Below are positions 1 through 10,177 of a stretch of 64,000 nt of DNA, piece by piece. The translations under genes and the position numbers were made by a program. A model generated the notes under the pieces. The model saw nothing but the letters and a program-made list of their open reading frames with translations, was not told where the DNA came from and ran no database searches. This stretch comes from Selaginella moellendorffii (Eukaryota > Plantae > Lycopodiophyta): positions 868,001 to 932,000 of the forward strand of contig NW_003314280.1 of the NCBI RefSeq assembly GCF_000143415.4, in the 5' to 3' direction. How positions within the stretch are numbered: position 1 is the stretch's first letter; each line of letters starts with the position of its first letter.

Positions 1-2713
1 ATGTCGCTCGCAAACTTTGCGTCGCCGTTGACGGTGAACTTCCCCCGCCCGAGGTACTGGATGTGTCCGATCGGTCCCTTGAGATTGATCGAGTCGCCGA
101 TGGCGAGCGAGTCGAGGTGCTGGGACATGATCCCTCCGCCCGGGAAGTTTGGGTGGACGTTCTTGTAGTAGACCCGGATGAGGAGCTCGACGTGGCCGAT
201 GGAGTCCTCGTCGTCGTCCGAGGAGATCGGCGTGTAGGCGCGGATGCAGAGCTTGGAGTTGACGGTGGCGGAGACGAGGACGTGCTTGCCAGTAGGGAGG
301 CCGAGGACTTGATCGCGGGATGGGAGAGCGAAGCGGAGGCGGCGGAGATCCGCGCTGATGTTCACGCGCGCGACGAGCTTGCAGGGGATGTTCTGCCGCG
401 GGTTGAGCGCCACTGGCCTCGATGCCGGGAGGGCTTCCAGGATTGGAGCGAGCGTGTTGAGGCTGAGCGCCGAGAGCGCCCGGTTGCCGCCGTGGAGCGA
501 CGTCTCCGGGCTCGTGTCCGCCGACGAGAAGCTCCCGGCCGTGCTCACGAGCTCCCCAATCTTATAGTCCTCGAGCAGCGCCTTGGCGCGGGCCGAGTGG
601 ATGGCCTCGAACTCCTCCGTGCAGTCGGTGCCGGCGTTGATGAGGATGCTGTCTGCGCCGCCGGGGTGATCCTTGAGGAAGGACGTGCAGTCGTAGACGG
701 AGCTGTTGACGACGATCCAGGGCGAGTCGGGCTTGCTGTGCTTGCGCACCTCGGACATGGTGATGGAGGAGAGGCCCTGGTTGAGGAAGGGCGAGGAGGC
801 GCTCTTGATCATGGCCTTGCCGGGCTTGCTCGACGCAATCAGGTCGCTGCTCTTGGTCTCCTCTTCCTTTTGCTTCACCATCCAGCCGCCGGGCTGGTTG
901 CCCGGCCGCGTCGGGTGCTCGAACGCCAGCGCCACGCCCCCCAGCTTCCCCTTGCAGGGATGGACCTTCACCCGGAACCAGCAGTTGTTCATCATCCCCT
1001 GCCACCATAGCCCGAGAGATCGAACCATCAGAACTACCGATCAATCCCAAAGATCCACTGCCACTTACCATGAGGTTCCAGATGAGCTCCTTGGGCTGCG
1101 TGTTCATGCTCTCGTCCCACGCGCGCACCGCGATCTCCCGCGCCTGGAGGAGCTCCATCGCCTCCACGCCCAGCTCCCAGAAGCTCCAACACCAGTGCTT
1201 GCCATACTTGGTGGGCCGCTCCGGGTGCGTCAGATCCGCCAGCGCCCACGTCTCGCCGCCGTCGAGCGTCACCTCAACCCTGATCACCTTCCTCCCGCCC
1301 CCTGCCATCGCCATTTTCAAAAGTCAGCATATTCTCGTGCAAAATATCTCCCGTACCGGAATATGCGTAGCCGCTCATCTTGTACGGCGACTGTATCGAC
1401 ACCGGGTTGATGGGCAGGCTGTCGCCGTGCGCGGGAGTGGTGATAACCGAGTTGATGTTGAGCTCGTTGATCACATACTCGGGCCTCTTCCACCACCCTA
1501 GAAATGGAGCAAAACAAAAAAAAAACAAAAATGGAGATGAGAGCGAGCTCTTCCCAGATTCTTGGAGTGGAGATTCTATGACGCGAGAGAAACAAAAGAG
1601 ATGGGGAACAAGGAAAGAATTATACTACTGACCTTCGGCGCTGGCAATGTCGGAATCGACGTGTGAGGGCAGCACCTTGTTGTCCTGGTAGTGGTAATAG
1701 TTGGTGGACTCGGCGGCGGTGACCTCGATCTTACGCAGCCACTTGACCATCCGGCCGCCGATCACGCCTGGGATGATCATCCGTACGGGGAAGCCGTGGT
1801 CGGGCGGGAGAGGGCGTCCGTTTTGCATGTAGGCGACTAGCACGTCCTGCGTCACGTCCATGGCCTTCTCCACCCGTATCCCCGTGCCGTACCCGTCGCC
1901 CCCGCATTTGGGGAGCGAATCCCCGCCCTCGAAGCACACGAAGCGGGCCCCGCGGCGAAGGCCGCCGCAGGCTTTGAGCACGTCGCGGAGAAGGGCGCCC
2001 TTCCACACGGACGTGCTGACGCCCGCCGCCCCCCAGTTGAAGCCCACGCTCTGCCGCACCATGTTTTGCTCCTTGCGCCGGTTGCCCGCACAGACGAGCG
2101 TGACGGGCAGCTCCCGCGCGGGGAGGCGCAGGAGGTCGTCCATGGTGAGCACCGCGGGGCGGCGCACCATGCCGCCCACGTGGAGGCGCCACTCGGCCCA
2201 GGTGCCGCGCGGCACGGGCCCGTGGTTGCGCACGTAGTGCAGCGCCGCCGGGGTGATGAAGCCGTGCTGCATGAGGCGGGGCAGCGGCGGCTCCGCGTTG
2301 AAGGGGTGGCGGCCCGTGAGGCGGACCATGTCCGGGTGCCGCGACACCCACTCGTCCGAGGTGCCCACGTCGCGCTCGTCGCTGCCAAACTCCTCCACTT
2401 CCTCCACTTGCTCTTCCAGGATCCATTCCTCCTCCTCCTCCTCCGATTCTTCTTCGTCTTCCTCGCACGAATTCTTGGGCTTGGGCAGCTCCAGCGGCGG
2501 CTTGACTGCCGCCTCTCCACCGCCGCCGCCGCCGACCGGCTTGATGGATTGCTCGTCCGCGAACTTTACGTGATGGTGGTGGTGGTGGTGGTGATTGTTG
2601 TGATGCGCCACCGCCGCCGCCTTGGCCTCGATTCCATTGGCGAGCACCATTCCCCCGTTGACGAGCAACAGCGAGCTGCTTTTCTTGGGCAGATCCACCA
2701 TAGCCGTCCCCAT
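1..2713 (-). CDS. NIA: Assimilatory nitrate reductase, 3' end beyond window; exons 2713-1633, 1497-1357, 1301-1069, 998-<1
   Basis: Moco-domain motifs ([43 protein letters not shown]), dimerisation domain ([15 protein letters not shown]), cytochrome b5 ([24 protein letters not shown]) and the start of the FAD domain. GT-AG introns join the exons in frame. First in-frame ATG is at 2713; the ORF-track start at 2755 is a GTG. Confidence 0.97.
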
Positions 2714-3013
2714 TCCTTTAAATGGATCCTCTCCCCCCTCCAATTGCTTGATCACGCCTCCATCGCCTCAAATCAATCTCCTCCTCAATCTCCCGATTCT
2801 TCCTCTCAAGAGCTATCAATGCGAAAAACAGAACCACACCAAACTCTCGAATCGCAATCGAATCCCTCCACCGCGCACAGCAGCGCCAATCCAGATTCTC
2901 AACGGAAGGACGGATCGAGCATTCCAATTCCGAGACGCAAGCCAATCGAATCGATACTCTCTCTGTCCAAGTAGAGGGAGAGAGAAGTAAAAGTCACGAA
3001 ATGTGTGTTCTTG

Positions 3014-3078
3014 CTTGGCCCCTTGGAGGGGTCAACCAACAAGGAAGGAAATAAAACTGCAAAGGACTCAAACACAAA

Positions 3079-3117
<39 letters not shown>

Positions 3118-3204
3118 TAAGCCTAGACAGGGAGGGGTGTTTTCCTCTTTTTATACAAGGGTGGTACGCTGTTAGAACTTGGCCCATGACCATGGGAAGG
3201 GCCA
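3014..3204 (-). promoter_or_regulatory. NIA core promoter: TATA box (3155-3149) and two NRE-like pseudo-palindromes (3014-3034, 3180-3204)
   Basis: The minus strand reads TATAAAA and TGACCCCT-N10-AAG; the plus strand reads TGGCCCAT-N9-AAGGGCCA. Both resemble the NLP-bound nitrate-responsive element tGACcCTT-N10-AAG. Confidence 0.5.
3080..3113. repeat. (CA)n microsatellite in the presumed NIA 5' leader
   Basis: Direct read of the CA run. Confidence 0.95.
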
Positions 3205-4294
3205 ACCTTTCTTTCTCCGCTTTCTTAGAGCGCACAGCCCCTTCTCTTTCCTAATTGATTTGAGACACTGAAAAAAATAACACTTTTAACAAAGAATAAG
3301 AGAAAATAAAACAAGACAACAACGCGAAGAATTCTCTCACTTTCTCGAGCCAAGTGCTCTGACGTATGAACCGCACGTTTGTCACTGTTGAATCTTCCTG
3401 GGTGGTTCTTCTGTCGGACGCTGGTTTGATCAGTGGTCGAGCGTTAATCATCGGTTTGATCAGTAGCAAAGGATTCGAAGTTGATCGAGTCATTAGTCAC
3501 CTGGTTTGATCAGTAGCACAACTTTTGAAGTACCATTTGGTTGATCGAGATCATTCGTCTCCGGAGCGGTTGCTCGGGTGTCAGCTTCAAGGGATGCGAT
3601 GCGTCTGAATCGACCCACTCCATTGTTAATGCATTAGGAATATATAAACCCAAATTCTTCCCAAAAGACTTGGAGAGCAGTGACTCACCTGGAAGTTATT
3701 TTAATCTCGAGCTCGTGAAGTTTCTCTTTTTTTTTTGTTTCGCCCCCACCTCGATCGACTAATTTGTTCCTTCATGCTCGCAACAGCAGCACCACCAGGC
3801 TGTCCTGGCTATTTCAAAACACTTGGCAGTATCCCCTCCACGATTAGTGTCCGGCATTAGAGACTAAGACACCTTGCCAATAGCTCTTCGACTCCCCAAG
3901 GAGCAGTAGCGTTTGCATCACCCACGGCACAGCCCAGAACTGTTTTGACGGGACCACCGTTGGAATCACTGCTACTTGACTCTTGGCTTGTTCCACGGGG
4001 CACACCCAAAAAATCTGTGGATCTCATACTTCAGCACAGCCGGCAGTATTAGTCACAACGACAGAATCAGAACCATAGAAAAAACATCTTGACTTGAGCA
4101 AACCTCTTTTATTTTTCCTTCACTCTCCATGCAATACAGAGGATCTGACCATCCAAACGAGCATTAAGAGGAGGAAAAGCAAAAAATAAACATGTACCTT
4201 GTCAACACTCCTCTACTTTAAGCTCCTGGAGCAAATGATAAAGTGAGAGCCGAAGAGAACACAGGGATAGAAGACAGTCACGTATACCTTCGTT

Positions 4295-5068
4295 TCAAGC
4301 TGCCGAAGGAATCATCCCAGTCTGCCTCGCGTACGCAAAGATCCCGCCAGCTTCGATCACCGGCGCGGCATCGCCCAGCGGCTTGAGCGCGTACTCCTTT
4401 CCAGTGGAGTGATTCACCACCACGTCGCGCTCCATGTCCACGGTCACGTCGTCCCCGTTGTGGAACTCGTCACAGATGCGAGCTTCACACTCGACGGGAT
4501 ACATCTCGCCTGTGGCCACCGAGTTCCGGAAGAAGATCCTGGCGTAGGACTCGGCCACCACCACCTGGATCCCGGACGCTCCCAGAGCAACAGGGGCGTG
4601 CTCGCGGGAGGAGCCACAGCCAAAGTTGGAGCCGGCGATGATGATCGAGTACTTGGTCTTGCTCTTGCCGGGCTCCATGAACTGTCCATAGTGTGGCGGA
4701 AGCCCGGCCATGGCGTAGCTCCCCAGCTTCTCATACTCGTCCGGCTTGGAGGGGACGAGCGTGAGATACTCGGCCGGAATGATCTGATCGGTGTCGATAT
4801 TGTCACGCACCACGAAGCATTTGCCCGAGATCCCACGCGACGGTGTGTCCCCGGCCATGGCGATCACGGGCGCCGCGGAGGCCTTGATCGCCGGAGAGAA
4901 TGTAGCTATGCGCTGGAGCTTGATGCTCTTGCTGCCCCAGATGCTGCTGGCATTGGCGGCGCTTGGCAGGGAGATCGAGGCGCGAGGATGCGAACCTGGT
5001 GGATATGGAGCTGGCTTGGATGCCGCGGCGGCGCCATGCACGATGAAGCGAGCGCTGGAAGTCGCCAT
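4295..5068 (-). CDS. LEUD: 3-isopropylmalate dehydratase (isomerase) small subunit, plastid-targeted, intronless
   Basis: DNIDTDQIIPAEYL, NFGCGSSREHAP and AESYARIFFRN motifs, preceded by an Ala/Ser-rich transit-peptide-like N-terminus. Confidence 0.95.
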   Translation of the reverse strand: MATSSARFIVHGAAAASKPAPYPPGSHPRASISLPSAANASSIWGSKSIKLQRIATFSPAIKASAAPVIAMAGDTPSRGISGKCFVVRDNIDTDQIIPAEYLTLVPSKPDEYEKLGSYAMAGLPPHYGQFMEPGKSKTKYSIIIAGSNFGCGSSREHAPVALGASGIQVVVAESYARIFFRNSVATGEMYPVECEARICDEFHNGDDVTVDMERDVVVNHSTGKEYALKPLGDAAPVIEAGGIFAYARQTGMIPSAA

Positions 5069-5070
5069 TT

Positions 5071-5101
5071 AAACCCTAGTGAAGCCCTAGAAGAGCCCTA
5101 G
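5071..5101. promoter_or_regulatory. Telo-box (AAACCCTA) and three CCCTAG repeats in the 34-bp LeuD/helicase spacer
   Basis: Sequence reads aaaccctagtgaagccctagaagagccctag. Confidence 0.55.
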
Positions 5102-5102
5102 A

Positions 5103-7959
5103 ATGGGGAGGAAGAAGAAGGGCGGGACGGGGGAGGCGTGGAAGGATGTGACGCCGCAGGAGCCGACATCGCTGCTCCTGGGCAGCGGCCAGGGAGGTAT
5201 GGATCAATTTGCGAGCGACGCGATCGTGGATGTTCTCCTTTGCAGGTTTTGTGTCGCTGGAGGAGATTGATGAGGATCTGGTGTTTGGACTCGAGCCTCC
5301 GGCCGGGGAGGATTTGAGTGGGAAGAATGCAAAGAAAGGGAAGAGGAAACGCGCGTTGGAAACTGATCTAGCCGAGGAGAAAAATGCGAAGAAGAATAAG
5401 AAGAGAAAAGAGAAAATTCTCGCTAGTGACACCGATCTAGCCGAGGGACATGCTGCGACGAGAAAGGAGAAGAAGAAGAAGAAGAAGGGAAATGCCGAGC
5501 CTGATGATGCTGCCCAAGATAAAGAGGCTTTAAACTCTCCTCGAGGGAAGAAAAGGAAGAACAAGCGTTTGCGCGAAAATACTACGTCCGGTGCCAACAA
5601 GAGATCAAAGCTAGATGGTGGAGGTAAGATTTTAGATGCAGGTGTTTTTCTTTTCTCAAAACGATCTTCGTTCTTACAGATAATGGGAGTGAAGGTTTGG
5701 AGAGAGTCGATGTTGTTCTTCCCGAATGGAACGAGTTGCGACTTCATCCTTCACTGCTAACAGCTCTTTCTACTCTTGGCTTTACCACTCCAACTCCCAT
5801 CCAGAAGGCATGCATTCCAGCAGCTGCGCACAAGGGAAAGGTGTGGTTACCTTTCCGTATTTTTATATTTCATGTTCATGTTTTTATTTACTTGCTCTAG
5901 GACGTTATCGGGGCCGCAGAGACTGGATCAGGAAAAACCTTAGCTTTTGGCATACCAATTTTGCAAAGGCTTCTTGATGAACGCGATAAGCTCTTGCGAC
6001 AGAACAATGTTGCTAGTGACAGTCCACTTCGTGCTCTCATCGTCACACCTACGCGAGAATTAGCTCTGCAGGTAATGTAACTAAGCATCTCTTGCTTTCT
6101 AACATGTGGAATGACAGATTTGCGACCATATTCGAGCAGTAGCTAAGTTTACAGATATCAAGGTCGCTCCTATTGTTGGTGGCATATCTACGCAAAAACA
6201 GGAACGCCTTCTTAAGCGAAGGCCTGCTATTGTCGTTGGAACTCCTGGTCGCCTATGGGAACTCATGAGCAGTGGCGAAAGCCACCTTGTCCAGGTATTT
6301 TCTAGGACTGGTTTTCTTATTATTTCGTGTTTTTTATTGTTCTTTCTTGGCAGCTCCAAGAGATCTCATTTTTTATACTGGACGAGGCTGACCGCATGAT
6401 TGAAAAAGGCCATTTTCAAGAGCTAGAATCCATAATTGATTTACTACCGAAGCACGGTGAACCGCGAGAGGATTTAGATCCTGCAGACAACGTTTTTTTG
6501 TCCGCTAAGAAACGGAGGCAGACTTTGGTGTTTTCAGCTACCTTGACCCTGCCTCCCGACTTCAAGAAAAAACTCAAGAAAAGCTATGGAGCAAGAAAGA
6601 AATCAGAGCAGCATTCTCTATCCTTACTGTCGGAGAGAGCCGGGCTCAGCGACACTGCTGAAGTTGTGGATTTGACATCGAAGAACGTCGTTGCTGAAAA
6701 GCTTACGGAGTCGGTTATCGAGTAAGAGCTGCATTTTTGCCTGACACGTCTCACCTGACGCTTTGTATTGTTTTCTGCAGATGCACCGACGAGGAAAAGG
6801 ATGCCTACCTATACTACGTCCTCAAGGTACATGGATGTGGGCGAACAATTGTGTTTTGTACCTCCATTGCGGCATTAAGAAGACTAGCAGCTATTCTACG
6901 TCTTTTAGAGGTTCCGGCGTGGCCTTTGCATGCACAGCTACAGCAACGGCAGAGACTAAAGGTATGGCATGTCATACGTTTTGAGTACGCATTTAAATTC
7001 TGCACTTTCCAGACAATGGATAGGTTCCGAGCCAGCACCGATGGTGTGCTTGTCGCAACGGACGTTGCTGCACGGGGTTTAGATATTCCGGGAGTTCGGA
7101 CTGTTATACATTATCAGTTACCACACTCAGCAGAGGTATGCATAAGATATGTTTAAACCGGTGCGACATATTCCCGTGTCCAACAGATGTATGTTCATAG
7201 AAGTGGAAGAACAGCGCGTGCTGACAAAGATGGATGCAGCATTGCTCTAATCTCTCCGTCGGAGAAGTCGAAGTACTTGACACTCTGCCGTGCGCTATCA
7301 AAGGTACTCTGGAAAACAAGTGGATTTCTTGCGTGATATAGTGTTTGCTACAGTCCAGTGGCTTGACAAGCTTTCCAATCAATTCCGGGTATATACCCTC
7401 CGTTGAGAAACGAATAGGGCTTGCTCTCAGAATTGATAGACTATTACGGGAGAATTCGAAGGTAAATGGCATTCCTTGTTCTACAATGGACTGGCTTTAA
7501 TTTTCGAGAGCAGAAAAAGGCGAAGAGCACCTGGTTTGAGCGAAATGCGAAGGAACTCGACATCGAAATTGAGCGCAAGGATGAGGACAATGACAACGTT
7601 GAGGCGAAGCTCAGTGGAAAGAAGTCCATGCAATTGAGAAGCTTACAAGAGGCAAGCAAGAAATTGTTGCGTTTCTCTATCTAAAGCGGTACCAACACGC
7701 AGGAACTGAAGCAGACGCTCAAACATCCTTTGGAGCTGAGAGGCTTCTCTCGTCGCTTTGTTGCTGGGGTACGTATAAAGCTCAAATGCTGAGTCTTGTC
7801 TAACTCCGCTTCCTTTGTTACTTGTAGACTGGATTGACTCCTCTGGCCGCACAGCAACTAAAGGATTATGTGGACAATGCTCCCGGAGGCCGGTTCGTCG
7901 TTATCGGTCAGAAGGAAGTGGAACCTCTACAAGCACTCAAAGCACAACAATGCGGATAA
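5103..7959 (+). CDS. DEAD-box RNA helicase, DDX24/MAK5 (plant RH13) type, multi-exon
   Basis: Q-motif [48 protein letters not shown] and HRSGRTAR. N-terminal GFVSLEEID and C-terminal [13 protein letters not shown] fit this subfamily. ATG at 5103, TAA at 7957-7959. Confidence 0.9.
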
Positions 7960-8023
7960 AACCAGAGAGTTCTTACTGTAAGCTTTTTCAAGGATTTGCT
8001 ACAAACATGCTTGAATCCTTATC

Positions 8024-8447
8024 TCAGGGGAGAGTGTAGCCTGCACCGAGATTGAACGAAAGGTCAGTTCTTTTATCCCCAACAGCAGCAGCAAGGCAAA
8101 AAGAAAGTGAGAGAGTACTAACTTCCACACTGATAGTTGTGAGGCAGCTCCCGGTTGCATCGCTTTGCGATTTTGAGAGCGGTGCTGAGCTTGAGCACCT
8201 TGGTGACATCTCCGGTGATCTTGGGACAGACGCAGTCGGGCTGGGCGGCCCTCACGAACTTGCAGCACTTGGAAGACGGTTTGGTTCCAATGAGCACGGC
8301 AGTCATGCAATTCCCGACGAGACCATTCACCTGGCTATCGCAGTCTAGAGTCGTGTCGTCGTCGGTAGCAACCTGGATCAAGAACAGGGAGAAGAAGAGC
8401 AGGAAAACTCCCAGGACAAGAGTTGCCCGCGGCTTGATCGTCTCCAT
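8024..8447 (-). CDS. Non-specific lipid-transfer / 8-cysteine-motif secreted protein; exons 8447-8123 and 8040-8024
   Basis: Signal peptide followed by a C..C..CC..CxC..C..C pattern. A GT-AG intron just after the last Cys gives the C-terminus CGSYTLP*. Confidence 0.85.
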
Positions 8448-9080
8448 TTGTGCTGCTCCCGCGACGGAGGACGAAGGAGAGACTCTGGGAGCGATCTAGC
8501 GACGAACTCGAGAGAAGAGCAGCATTTATTTGTGAGCGGTTTCCTTTAAAAAGGAGTTTTTTTCGGATGGGTGGACTGAGCACAAGTCTGGTGCTGCAGC
8601 ACGCGTACTCCTAGAAAGCAACCTTTATACATTTTCTTAGACAGCCATCGAGAAGTGCCAGATGATTATTTCGGTATTGACATAAGCGAGATAGTGGTCG
8701 ACGTGATGCAAAAGAACTCCAAGGATGTCTAGGGTCTTTGACTCGAGAAGAACATAGCTGAAAGTAGTCAAAGGAAGTCTTTAGAATTTTATTGACTGTT
8801 TTAAATTTATAAACTGGGACAGATCTTAACACTAGAGCTGGATGCGAGCCGGCAAGCGGGTCTTTACAACAGAAGGATGAGCTCGCTGATATGCAATGGA
8901 GGGAACATGGTGCTAGTCACTAAGTCGACAGTGCTGAGGGAGTTTGCGGAGCGGATGAAGCGCGAACACCAAGGCTACCCAATCTACGTGCGGGCAGCAA
9001 CATTCAACAGCGCAGCTAGCTTTCGCTGAGGTCAAGTCTCATCAGATCAGCAAGTCTTTTGGTTAACTGAAAGGTAGGAT

Positions 9081-10177
9081 ATTAGGGGAGAATTCCTAGG
9101 CAAATGGTGTCCTTTTACAGTACAATGGACTGGCTTTGATTTCGAGAGCAGAAAAAGGCGAAAAACACCTGGTTTTTATGAGCGAAATGCGAAGGACCTC
9201 AACAATGAAATTGACCGCAAATATAAGAACAATAACAACGTTGAGATGAAGTTCACTGGAAACAATCTATGCAATTGAGAAGCTTACAAGAGGCAAGCAA
9301 GAAGCTGTTTCGTTTCTCTATGAACTAAAGCAGATGCCTAAACATCCTTTGTTGCTGGGTTATGGCCCTTTCCTTTGTTACCACTGGCCGCACGGCAACT
9401 AAAGGATTATGCAATGCTGTTCGTTGATAGCAGAACCTCTAGACTCAAAGCACAACAATGCGGATAATTAAACGTAGAATTCTTACTGTAAGCTTTTTCA
9501 AGGATTTGCTACAAGCATGCCTGAATCATCAACTTCTCTTTTCTCAGGGAAAAGTGTAGCCTGCACCGACATTGAACAAAAGGTCAGTTCTTTTATCACC
9601 AACAGCAGCAAGGCAAAACGAAAGTGAGAGACTACTAACTTCCGCACTGATAGTTGTGAGGCAGCTCCCAGTTGCACTGCTTTGCGATTTTAAGAGCGGT
9701 GCTGAGCAGACGCTCGGTGATCATTTTGGTGACATCTTTGGTGATCTTGGGACAGAGGCAGTCGAGCTGGGCGCTCCTCACGAACTTGCAGCACTTGGAT
9801 GACGGTTTGGTTCCAATGAGCACGGCAGTCATGCAATTCCCGGCGAGACCATTCACTTGGCTATCGCAGTCGAGAGTCGCGTCATCGTCGGCAGCAACCT
9901 GGATCAGGAACAGGGAGATCAAGAGCAAGAAAACTCCAGAGCACAGGACAAGAGTCGCCCGCGGCTTGATCGTCTTTATTTGTGCTACTCCCGCAAGGGA
10001 GGACGAAGGAGAGACACTCGACACTGGGGAGCGATCTAGCAAAGAACTCTAGAGAAGAGCAGCATTTATTTGTGATCGGTTTCCATTAAAATGGATTTTT
10101 TTTTGCGGATGGGTGGTCTGAGCACAACTCTGGCACTGCTGCACAACACGCTTATTCCTAAAAAGTAACTTTTATAT
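9081..10177 (+). repeat. Diverged direct duplicate of ~7443-8630 (helicase 3' exons plus LTP gene and promoter)
   Basis: Colinear matches such as tacaatggactggcttt, gcaattgagaagcttacaagaggcaagc and ttcttactgtaagctttttcaagg occur in both copies. The helicase part carries deletions. Confidence 0.93.
9544..9979 (-). pseudogene. Second LTP copy with its start codon mutated ATG>ATA
   Basis: All 8 Cys and the intron are retained, but CAAATGGAG of copy 1 reads CAAATAAAG here. Confidence 0.7.

Noticed and set aside
63-2974. Long plus-strand and alternate-frame ORFs over nitrate reductase
   Set aside because: They are shadows of a GC3-rich coding sequence with no motifs. The same applies to ORFs overlapping LeuD, LRX, RPS4, GH81 and PR-1.
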